A stretch of DNA of 64,000 nucleotides, taken from the IMG/VR virus record IMGVR_UViG_3300029288_000148, positions 1-64,000 of that record; one strand, written 5' to 3'. Origin of the DNA: a virus. Its lineage: Duplodnaviria > Caudoviricetes. Shown here piece after piece: positions 56,677 through 64,000 of this stretch. The notes under the pieces are model-generated. The model was not told where the DNA came from, ran no database searches, and worked only from the letters and a program-made list of their open reading frames with translations. The position numbers and the translations under genes are program-made. Each line of letters begins with the position of its first letter. The stretch's first letter is position 1.

Positions 56677-57540
56677 TTATGGTATTTTGTTTTTCTTCAG
56701 GAACGCCGTAACTCTTTTGTGAAGGTCCTCATCTTCCCGGTACAGCCTCATAAACACCCGGGACATCCAATTGCCTCCCTTTTTTGTCGTGCCCCACAAA
56801 TGCGTGTATTTGATCTTCTTGTCGATCTCCATGGCATCTTCGGCAAGCACCTGTACCTTATTCCTCATGCCGTGCATTTTAATAAGGCTGGCGGCAAAGT
56901 ATTGTTCGTGGAATAGGTTTTGATGGATCAGCACATTTGCGTACTCCTGATAGAAAAGAAGCTGGTTCTCTTCGGCAAATATGTATTCCTCACTACACTC
57001 TTTCCATTCATGAAAAAAGTCAAGGTTATGCCCTCCGCAAATGCCACAGTTATACGCGAAGTCAGTGACCTCGTTATCTACGATCTTTTGGGGTTTAATG
57101 GGAGCAGCCGCAAAGCATGGCCGGAGCATGTCGTAATACTTATAGCCCTCCACATTCATTGGTTCGTGGCTCTGGAAGCATAGTTCGGCATTGAGGATAC
57201 GCTTGGGAAACTTTTGCCAAAGAAACACATCATTGTCCAGGTGGATAAATGGTTCTGTTTGTTCGCAATATGCCATAAGCTTGCCGTATGCCCAAAAGAA
57301 CCGTGACACATCTTTCATGTCGTTCATCTTATTGGAATAGCTTGTTATTGGCAGTTTGAGCTTCTTAAACATTTCGATAAAGAAGTCATTTGCCACCATC
57401 TCCACTTTTGGGAACTGTCGTGAGGCGCACAGCACAGACAGTGCCGTGGTATAGAGAAAGTCACTGTAGCGGAAGAACCCGCATTTATTGTCGAAATTAT
57501 TTTCCGGATTGAAATACGAAAACACTGCTTTTTGTATCAT
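56677..57540 (-). CDS. DUF6734-like protein (GT-A-like, DxD)
   Basis: ALSVLCA, WAYGKL.AY..QTEPFIHLDNDVFLW, YNCGICGG, EQY, YTHLWG. Confidence 0.7.
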   Translation of the reverse strand: MIQKAVFSYFNPENNFDNKCGFFRYSDFLYTTALSVLCASRQFPKVEMVANDFFIEMFKKLKLPITSYSNKMNDMKDVSRFFWAYGKLMAYCEQTEPFIHLDNDVFLWQKFPKRILNAELCFQSHEPMNVEGYKYYDMLRPCFAAAPIKPQKIVDNEVTDFAYNCGICGGHNLDFFHEWKECSEEYIFAEENQLLFYQEYANVLIHQNLFHEQYFAASLIKMHGMRNKVQVLAEDAMEIDKKIKYTHLWGTTKKGGNWMSRVFMRLYREDEDLHKRVTAFLKKNKIP

Positions 57541-57571
57541 GTCTATTTTTTAATAATTGCCGATTATTAAT

Positions 57572-57619
57572 AAAAAAGGGGCAGGGGTGTGTTTGGAAGC
57601 ACTCGTTGATCCCCTGCCC
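57572..57619 (-). terminator. terminator-like hairpin
   Basis: 9-bp stem GGGCAGGGG/CCCCTGCCC, 23-nt loop, T6 on minus strand. Confidence 0.6.
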
Positions 57620-57682
57620 AATTGGGGAGCCTGATTCAAATTTGTGAAAGTCACTAAAAGGTCTGCCTGATCTACTACTGTC

Positions 57683-57928
57683 TTATACAAACTTTCCCCC
57701 AATAACATCGCCAAGATAATATCCGGTTGTGTCTGCGTATCCTGAACACAGGATAGCTTTTGCCGTTTCATATCTCCAGCGCCATTCATTGCGGTCAATG
57801 ACCTGGGTTACGCATTTGTGGATGTTGTGATACTGATCACGATCCTGCCACCCTTCCGGCTCGTGGTTTACTTTCTCTACCACAAAGCAGTTAAGGTCAA
57901 CTTTCGACTGAACATAAATTGTTGCCAT
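57683..57928 (-). CDS. 81-aa protein, paralogue of 58190-58447
   Basis: C-terminal WRWRYETAKAILCSGYADTTGYYLGDVIGGKFV. Confidence 0.7.
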   Translation of the reverse strand: MATIYVQSKVDLNCFVVEKVNHEPEGWQDRDQYHNIHKCVTQVIDRNEWRWRYETAKAILCSGYADTTGYYLGDVIGGKFV

Positions 57929-57961
57929 TTTTCTTTATTTTGTTTTTTTTAGTTTTTATTA

Positions 57962-58171
57962 TTAAAAAGGAAATTCTGTTCCATATTGCATTAACAGAAA
58001 TCCAAGGTACACATAAAAGTTCAATTCATCCGGCGACACCATGTCATACCGACTTTGCCCTGAAAGAGTGAATGTAGTTTGTTTTCTTTCCTTATGACTA
58101 CCTTCAGGATCAATTTCACTGGCCTGAACATGGACTTTGATCCTTGATCTTACATATCGTGTGACTGCCAT
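57962..58171 (-). CDS. 69-aa hypothetical protein
   Basis: ORF between the two paralogues with A-rich start. Confidence 0.6.
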   Translation of the reverse strand: MAVTRYVRSRIKVHVQASEIDPEGSHKERKQTTFTLSGQSRYDMVSPDELNFYVYLGFLLMQYGTEFPF

Positions 58172-58189
58172 AGCGTAAGTTTTAAAAGG

Positions 58190-58447
58190 TTATACAAACT
58201 TACCACCAATAACGTCGCCCAGGTAATAGCCTGTGGTATCAGCATAGCCACCGCAAAGAATTGCAATAGCCGTTTCCCATCTCCACCGCCAATCATTATA
58301 GTCCATATTGATCGGCCTGCAGTGATGTTTCTGCACCCACTGTTCTTCCCTTTCCTCAACACCCCTCCGTGTTTGTGGATCTGTCTTGTCGTTCTCAGTC
58401 ATCACTAATGCTTTGAGATCAACGTATGCTCTGCAATTTACTGCCAT
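58190..58447 (-). CDS. 85-aa protein, paralogue of 57683-57928
   Basis: C-terminal WRWRWETAIAILCGGYADTTGYYLGDVIGGKFV. Confidence 0.7.
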   Translation of the reverse strand: MAVNCRAYVDLKALVMTENDKTDPQTRRGVEEREEQWVQKHHCRPINMDYNDWRWRWETAIAILCGGYADTTGYYLGDVIGGKFV

Positions 58448-58459
58448 GATTTTCTGAGT

Positions 58460-59047
58460 TTAGATGGTTGGAGGAATTTCAATGTGTTTGATAATACCAA
58501 ACGAAATGTTTGTACCATCATCACCGTATGGCATGATATACACATTCACATTGAATGGCATGCCAGAAACATCAAGTGCAAGATTTATTTTCTCATCATC
58601 AGCACTTGTTACCGGAGATTCATCTGCTGCGAGAACAAATGAGGTGCCAAAGGTTCTGTCATAAGCAAAAATAAATCCGCAAGTAGTTGCAACATTATTG
58701 CTTCTGACCTTTGCGGACATATTCAATATAGAGTTGGCTTCATCAAAAAGAAGATCCCCCATCCATACTTCTACAGGTTCTTCTTCAGCAAGTCGCCACC
58801 CCCTTGTAATCACAAGTGCAGAATCCTCTACCCTTGCTAAGTATTCCGGTAAAAGAAGCTCCATCACTGGCGCATCTTTCACCCATTTTTCCTGTGCACG
58901 ATCTCTGCCGGGCCGCCTTTGGAGAGCACCTTTGTTGTAGTCCCAGGTGATTTCCTGTTCAAGCGAACTGTGCCGGCTCTTGACTCGTACATTGCGAAGG
59001 ATATAATTGTTCGTTATACCCTGTCGTCCAAGTTCAATTCTGGGCAT
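58460..59047 (-). CDS. hypothetical protein with FN3/Ig-like C-terminal half
   Basis: CGFIFA..F...Y.MPYG...SFG pattern resembles FN3 strands. Confidence 0.5.
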   Translation of the reverse strand: MPRIELGRQGITNNYILRNVRVKSRHSSLEQEITWDYNKGALQRRPGRDRAQEKWVKDAPVMELLLPEYLARVEDSALVITRGWRLAEEEPVEVWMGDLLFDEANSILNMSAKVRSNNVATTCGFIFAYDRTFGTSFVLAADESPVTSADDEKINLALDVSGMPFNVNVYIMPYGDDGTNISFGIIKHIEIPPTI

Positions 59048-59135
59048 TTTTCACTTTTTTTAAATGTTTACACTAAAAATTAGAATTGATAAATAAAAGA
59101 ACTATTGGACAGTAAAGATAAACTTTTTTGATCAA

Positions 59136-60311
59136 TCAAAATAATTTTTGCTGTATTGGACCAGTTTCTTTTTTAGGCTCCGGCACCCAAGCATCTATTC
59201 TCGCCTGTGCTATCTTGCAGTATTCTTCCTCTTTCTCAATGCCAATAAACGAAAACCCCTCTGTTTTAGCACCGATGCCAGTTGTACCACTCCCCATAAA
59301 TGGATCAAGTACAATCCCGTGCGGGGGCGTAATGAGTTTGCAGAGATAGCGCATCAGGGATACTGGCTTAACAGTAGGATGATTGTTTTTACCCTGCTTT
59401 GAAACAAGCCTTGTTGCTATCCTGCCTCGATCACTTTCCTCAGAACACCATGGTCTGGAACTATCAAATTGTTCATCAAATCCCTCCAATCCTTTATTCC
59501 TTTCGCTCTTGCTCGCCTTGGCAGCATAAAAAAATCTCGAAGCAGAAGCGATGCCGTCACCATGAAATGACTTGCCGTCATCGCCCTTTTGAGCAAAGTC
59601 ACCATAAATTCCTCGGCTATCTCCATTCTGACCGCTCTTAACAGGAGCGAAAGCCCCGGCGTTTACAGGGAATTGTCCAATCACTTCTTCGCTTCCATCA
59701 TGGATGACATTGGCAGGGAAACGACCTTGTGGCAAATTGGTATCACCAATATATTTTCCTGCATTATCCCCACCACAAGAAGCATGGAACTGAGCACCAG
59801 TAATATCCGTTCTTGGTGTTTTTCGTCTGTTTTGATCCCCTTCCAATCCTTCCTTATCCCACTCCACCCTGCATCCATCAATATTAATCCCTCCTGTTCC
59901 CCATTTAAGAACATTTGCTACAACTGTCTTTTCAGAGATAGGTTTCCGAGCAAGTGTCCATAATTCCATGGCCGGTTTAAGCGCGGTACCAAATCCATTC
60001 CCAAGATTAAGCGACTTCGGGAATCCGCTGCCGTAAATCCAGGCAATAAGATCCCGTATCTCAAATCCTGCATCTTCGATATTAACTGCCATTCTGTGCT
60101 GTGTCCGAGTACCACAAGCACAAAGTAAATGCCCCCCAGGCTTTAATATTCTTAGGGCTTCATACCACACATATACTTTTGGCACATCGTAGTCCCATTT
60201 CTTATTCATAAAGGAAATGCCATACGGAGGATCTGTGACAATAGCATCGACGGAATTTGCCTTCATTTGTTTTAAAGCAGTCCAGCAATCAGAATTTATC
60301 AGGCTAATCAT
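59136..60311 (-). CDS. beta-class N4/N6 DNA methyltransferase
   Basis: DAIVTDPPYG (motif IV) before HPTVKP and VLDPFMGSGTT (motif I); start moved to MISLI. Confidence 0.9.
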   Translation of the reverse strand: MISLINSDCWTALKQMKANSVDAIVTDPPYGISFMNKKWDYDVPKVYVWYEALRILKPGGHLLCACGTRTQHRMAVNIEDAGFEIRDLIAWIYGSGFPKSLNLGNGFGTALKPAMELWTLARKPISEKTVVANVLKWGTGGINIDGCRVEWDKEGLEGDQNRRKTPRTDITGAQFHASCGGDNAGKYIGDTNLPQGRFPANVIHDGSEEVIGQFPVNAGAFAPVKSGQNGDSRGIYGDFAQKGDDGKSFHGDGIASASRFFYAAKASKSERNKGLEGFDEQFDSSRPWCSEESDRGRIATRLVSKQGKNNHPTVKPVSLMRYLCKLITPPHGIVLDPFMGSGTTGIGAKTEGFSFIGIEKEEEYCKIAQARIDAWVPEPKKETGPIQQKLF

Positions 60312-60703
60312 ATCTTTTTTCTTAACAACGCGAACACTCCACAATTTTCTTTATCATCTACCGGCTTATCACAAACAACAAACACTACTCTTTCCGGAAC
60401 ATTCTCCGAATGAATATGCGGAACAATCCTCCAGGTATTTTCTATCACAAAAGAAGAAAGGGCAGCACACTTTAAAATCGCACCACCCTTTCCATTTTTC
60501 CTTAATCGATATGTATTGCCAACGGAAATGTAAAAATCACTCGGCCTATCTCCTTGAAATATATCCACACCATCAATTAAACACAACCTCGTTACAGCCA
60601 CACCAGAGAACACCACACGCCCGGACCGATGAAACGACACCGTGGCAAGGCCCCGTCTTATTCGTGGCCCCAAACTCTCCGGAGTAACTTTATTTAACTC
60701 CAT
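60308..60703 (-). CDS. hypothetical protein
   Basis: ORF with ATGA overlap to the methyltransferase. Confidence 0.55.
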   Translation of the reverse strand: MELNKVTPESLGPRIRRGLATVSFHRSGRVVFSGVAVTRLCLIDGVDIFQGDRPSDFYISVGNTYRLRKNGKGGAILKCAALSSFVIENTWRIVPHIHSENVPERVVFVVCDKPVDDKENCGVFALLRKKI

Positions 60704-60709
60704 AGGAAA

Positions 60710-60868
60710 TTAATTCAAGTTAAAATCCTCAAACTCCAATATAAGCATCCCAACATAAATATACCCCAGTAACTCAGCAATAAGCTTTGCCTGTTCCACA
60801 CTATCAGCAATAATCCTTCGCTCTTTGTGAGAACCATCTCTTAACACTTCATCTGCCAGATAAATCAT
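60710..60868 (-). CDS. 52-aa hypothetical protein
   Basis: Hand-translated MIYLADEVLRDGSHKERRIIADSVEQAKLIAELLG...NLN*. Confidence 0.5.
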   Translation of the reverse strand: MIYLADEVLRDGSHKERRIIADSVEQAKLIAELLGYIYVGMLILEFEDFNLN

Positions 60869-61218
60869 TTCTTACCAGTATTATTCTCATTAACAATCGT
60901 CGGCTTCATCACCAGTATCGATACCCCTGCTCTCCCCATCTCAACCCTCAACTTTGCCTCCACCTCTTTAGCAAGGCAATCCACACAAACCCCCTTCTTC
61001 CCACACAACACCATAAACCAGTACAGCACATCCGCCATGTCCATCCTCAAATACCTTCCTCCCTCATCCTGCCAAATAACATCCGCAGCATCCTTCTGAG
61101 TTAATCGTAACTCCAATAACCGTACAGCACATAGCAAAGAACTCATTGCCTCTTTATCCCCTACATGCTCACTGAAAGCACCTACCAACTCAAATACACT
61201 CTCTACCCTTGTCTTCAT
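60865..61218 (-). CDS. degenerate MazG-like helical protein
   Basis: MDMADVLYWFMVLCGKKGV resembles E.AD...Y...LA...G of NTP-PPases. Confidence 0.35.
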   Translation of the reverse strand: MKTRVESVFELVGAFSEHVGDKEAMSSLLCAVRLLELRLTQKDAADVIWQDEGGRYLRMDMADVLYWFMVLCGKKGVCVDCLAKEVEAKLRVEMGRAGVSILVMKPTIVNENNTGKK

Positions 61219-61224
61219 AGCTTA

Positions 61225-62091
61225 TTAAATTATTCTTTTTGATATAAATCCAGATGCTCCCTTATGTCCGCCTCCACCTCTTTTTTTAGCAATAACAGAA
61301 CAATCAACTTTTCCATTATCATTGTATAGCGAATAACTGAATTGTCTGTTTTCATACCAAAAACAAGCAAATCCATCATAACCATCTGCATGGTAATTAA
61401 TGCCAAAATTGACAGGATTTAATCTCCAGTCGTTCACACAAGCAAATAACTTGCCATCAAGCCATATTTCGAATTTCTTGGCATATTTCTGTCGGGCTTC
61501 AACGCATAGGTATTCATAGATTGCTTTGCCTTTAGTTGAAATCCTGTCAAGAATATTCATTTCAACTCCTGTGTTTTTAAGAGAATTAGTTAATTTTGAA
61601 AAAGCATCTTCTACATTTGTAATTTCCTGCCTTGCTCCGTATTGAAACTCCAATACCTTTAATTCTTCGTCTGTTCCTTTATGTCCAAAACAGTCATATC
61701 TACCAAGTAGCCTCACAAGTTCAGGCATTTTGATTCCATCAAATAGGTGCATCCACGTTAATTCACAGGCAGCATAGTCCGAAAATTGTAACCCTTTAAA
61801 TGGATTCCCTTTTCTGAAATAATTCCTACATTCATCAATAGCTGATTTATGGTGATCAATCCATGTTACATTGAAAGGATCAAGCAAAGATTCCATTGTC
61901 CCCATTGGAAATGAAATATCAACCATGGCAAGCTCAGAATGCTTTTCCCCAGAAAGAACTGGTAATGGTTGCCCATAATCCCAGCCAATTAATTCTAATT
62001 CCCCATCAATCTTCTCTTGCTCATGCCATAACTTAATTATCGCAGCTGACATCCAGCCATCTAAATCTCTCGAATGATAAATGCAAATCAT
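61225..62091 (-). CDS. DHH/DHHA1 phosphoesterase
   Basis: IYHSRDLDG, MVDIS, WIDHHKSA, GRYD, GGGGHKGASGF. Confidence 0.9.
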   Translation of the reverse strand: MICIYHSRDLDGWMSAAIIKLWHEQEKIDGELELIGWDYGQPLPVLSGEKHSELAMVDISFPMGTMESLLDPFNVTWIDHHKSAIDECRNYFRKGNPFKGLQFSDYAACELTWMHLFDGIKMPELVRLLGRYDCFGHKGTDEELKVLEFQYGARQEITNVEDAFSKLTNSLKNTGVEMNILDRISTKGKAIYEYLCVEARQKYAKKFEIWLDGKLFACVNDWRLNPVNFGINYHADGYDGFACFWYENRQFSYSLYNDNGKVDCSVIAKKRGGGGHKGASGFISKRII

Positions 62092-62124
62092 AATTTTTAG
62101 TTTTTTAGTTAATAAATCAATTCC

Positions 62125-62400
62125 TTATCTGTATTTAACCAAATTCCTATTCCTCAATCCTCCCTCCTGCCTCCCAGGGTAAAACGTGCTACTCCTCAAT
62201 ATCAAATTATCACCCTCTACCAATACATTCCTCCCTAAACGAGTAAACACATACACCAACCTATAAACAGGTATATTACTCAACTCACTCAACACCGCCT
62301 TCGTCCTACAAGCTACAATCAAGCAATCCTTCAACTCCCTTACATCATACCCCCCATTCAAAGATATTAAGATATATATGTCCTTTTCTCTACTCCTCAT
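62125..62400 (-). CDS. hypothetical protein, first gene of leftward operon
   Basis: Start moved to MRSREK because the longer start overlaps the promoter. Confidence 0.45.
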   Translation of the reverse strand: MRSREKDIYILISLNGGYDVRELKDCLIVACRTKAVLSELSNIPVYRLVYVFTRLGRNVLVEGDNLILRSSTFYPGRQEGGLRNRNLVKYR

Positions 62401-62407
62401 AATTACC

Positions 62408-62459
62408 AATTGTATATCTATAACACAACCGTACAAAGATAAATTAAATTGTATATCTA
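62408..62459 (-). promoter_or_regulatory. leftward promoter (-7 TATCTTTG at 62441-62434) flanked by two 13-bp direct repeats
   Basis: AATTGTATATCTA at 62408-62420 and 62447-62459. Confidence 0.55.
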
Positions 62460-62676
62460 CATACATAAACGGATACTTTTATTTTAAAATAAAATTAATT
62501 TTACCCAAAGTGAGTACCTGAGTGCGGTCCATGTATATATTTGGGGCTCGCATCCGCGAACCGAAATCGAAAACCCGAACCCGCCCCCCTGCCTGTGAGC
62601 ATCTCCGATGTTTCGCACACCTTAAAATAAAGCGCTCATCCCTGCCGGATCGCCAAAAAAGCAGTTTTCATGATCT

Positions 62677-62699
62677 GGGCCAGTAGGGGAGGGGAGGGG
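62677..62699 (+). other. G-quadruplex-capable tract
   Basis: GGG-CCAGTA-GGGG-A-GGGG-A-GGGG. Confidence 0.45.
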
Positions 62700-62902
62700 T
62701 GCGCAATACCCTTTTATTTTGCCTATTTGACATAATATTAATTATAAGCAAATTGGGGTGTGTAGCTGTCATTGTCTGAGTGCCCGCATATATGGTCATT
62801 TGCGGCGTTGTTTGTCCGGTTTCTGTCACAACAAAAATGATCAATCCATGTAATAATCTGATCTAATTAGTGTTAGTGCAGATATTAATTAGTTTTGGTA
62901 TG

Positions 62903-62933
62903 TTTGTCAGGTTGATGGGAATGTGTAAATTTG
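62903..62933 (+). promoter_or_regulatory. Bacteroidetes primary-sigma promoter (rightward)
   Basis: TTTG (62903-62906) - 19 nt - TAAATTTG (62926-62933), 16 nt before ATG. Confidence 0.8.
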
Positions 62934-62949
62934 CAATAAATCGGCAATA

Positions 62950-63543
62950 ATGGAAAATAGTGAAATAACTGGCTCGGGACTGTCCCCGTTCTCTCCTGTC
63001 TCTCCTTCCTCTCCTGTGTTATCTTCTGACTTGCTTACCTTATTCGGTGCGCTGGATAATGGTAAGCGTCGGATCTTCCGCAAGCTATATACTTATCTCT
63101 GGCGCTATCTCAGGCCATTGGACAATTATTCAATATTGCAGGATTACTGGGCGTTTCATTATGTTATTACTGATGTTTATAAACTGCCCTTCGGCTTGGT
63201 TGCGCTCCTGTCTTGGCTGTACCAGGTATCGGGCAAAGGTGTGAATATAATTGATTCAAGGCGGTTTTATAATACTCGTCCGGTTGCAATGAGCGTGCGC
63301 AATCATTATGAATATATGTCCGTATTGCGCAAGTCTGGATATATTACCCGTTATACTCGTGATCCTTCTGCCCCTTATCTCCTGCGCTCTGTCAGTCGTC
63401 AGCCTATATTTATCAAGGTGACTGCGGAGGGGTGCAAGTTGATTGAGAACATTGAGCGGGATACATATAACTTAATTATGCGCTCAGTTATGCGTGAAGT
63501 GACAACAGGCGCACCGAAACGCAAGAGACGAAAAAAGGCCTGA
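62950..63543 (+). CDS. winged-helix (MarR-like) DNA-binding protein
   Basis: Helix then LRKSGYITR..IFIKVTAEGCKLI wing; only supported plus-strand gene, with its own promoter. Confidence 0.6.
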   Translation: MENSEITGSGLSPFSPVSPSSPVLSSDLLTLFGALDNGKRRIFRKLYTYLWRYLRPLDNYSILQDYWAFHYVITDVYKLPFGLVALLSWLYQVSGKGVNIIDSRRFYNTRPVAMSVRNHYEYMSVLRKSGYITRYTRDPSAPYLLRSVSRQPIFIKVTAEGCKLIENIERDTYNLIMRSVMREVTTGAPKRKRRKKA

Positions 63544-63581
63544 GCAATGCCCAGACCTCGTTAAATCGGTTTATTTGGCCT

Positions 63582-63797
63582 CTATTCGAGTTTAGCCTCA
63601 AAGTCTTTTATTGAGCGTTCGTAATATGCAAGCTGTTGCAATGTCATTGGTTCATGTTCGGGCGCAAACTTCGGCAAAGCGTGTCTTAATATTGCTTTAC
63701 AGGTGCTTATGCAATCCTTTAGGTTCTCATCCTTCGCCCTGCAAACATTGTGCAGGCGTCTTATCTCTGCCCTCATGGCCTCATAATTATCTGTCAT
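63582..63797 (-). CDS. hypothetical protein
   Basis: ORF convergent with the wHTH gene. Confidence 0.5.
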   Translation of the reverse strand: MTDNYEAMRAEIRRLHNVCRAKDENLKDCISTCKAILRHALPKFAPEHEPMTLQQLAYYERSIKDFEAKLE

Positions 63798-63816
63798 TGT
63801 ATTGGTTTTAATAGGT

Positions 63817-64000
63817 TTATACTATTGTAGCCTCTTGGTTGATCTTTGCGTGGTTTAATACTTCCTTTGCATATTGCAACATTGCATGGGTTAAATTAAC
63901 CTGAAATATCTGGCTCCTCATGCTTGGGATCATGCCGAAGGCCGACTTATCGGCCTCCTCTTGCTCCTCCCTGACTTGCTTGATTATCTGGGCATATCTG
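63817..64000 (-). CDS. partial hypothetical protein (3' end)
   Basis: Open frame RYAQIIKQVREEQ...QEATIV* entering from the window edge. Confidence 0.45.
   Translation of the reverse strand, partial: RYAQIIKQVREEQEEADKSAFGMIPSMRSQIFQVNLTHAMLQYAKEVLNHAKINQEATIV

Noticed and set aside
57550-58362. Apparent second paralogue pair (57550-57798 and 58150-58362)
   Set aside because: Alternative frames of the real pair; synonymous changes map to the GYADTTG frame
62718-62750. TTGACA sigma70-type promoter
   Set aside because: Genuine promoters here follow the Bacteroidetes TTTG/TAnnTTTG consensus, and no gene start follows
1-62900. Plus-strand ORFs and short nested minus-strand ORFs from the track
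   Set aside because: Shadows of longer, motif-bearing genes; no promoters or recognisable domains
1-64000. Stop-codon reassignment, as in some crAss-like phages
   Set aside because: Long ORFs tile the minus strand under the standard code, and TAA, TAG and TGA all act as stops with tight overlaps
1-64000. Integrase, att sites or transposases
   Set aside because: None recognised and no flanking host genes; lifestyle cannot be determined from this window

Overview
About 64 kb of a Bacteroidota-infecting tailed phage with crAss-related structural proteins. Almost all genes are on the minus strand and read in the standard genetic code. Reading in transcription order (right to left): (1) a divergent control region with canonical Bacteroidetes TTTG-N19-TAnnTTTG promoters and the only plus-strand gene (wHTH); (2) early genes (DHH phosphoesterase, DNA methyltransferase); (3) a four-gene small-protein cassette and a DUF6734-like protein; (4) a DUF4373-type replication initiator with internal 21-bp iterons and a structured leader; (5) tandem GroES; (6) five glycosylation-type genes; (7) terminase, portal, scaffold and major capsid; (8) a block of signal-peptide-bearing fibre/lyase proteins plus lysis genes; (9) ring proteins; (10) a tail muzzle gene split into three ORFs; (11) ejection proteins including a 3017-aa polyvalent protein; (12) an HNH, T7-like primase-helicase, GroES and YqaJ cluster. 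Best candidates for new biology: (a) tail-fibre-like proteins with Sec signal peptides, an N-terminal Gln and up to 20 Bacteroidetes O-glycosylation sequons, suggesting periplasmic export and glycosylation of phage appendages; (b) the tripartite muzzle whose free ends carry adhesin modules; (c) a leader-peptide/pseudoknot element upstream of the initiator; (d) a peptide pair with a strongly conserved C-terminal motif. Family assignments are by motif recognition only; no searches were run.
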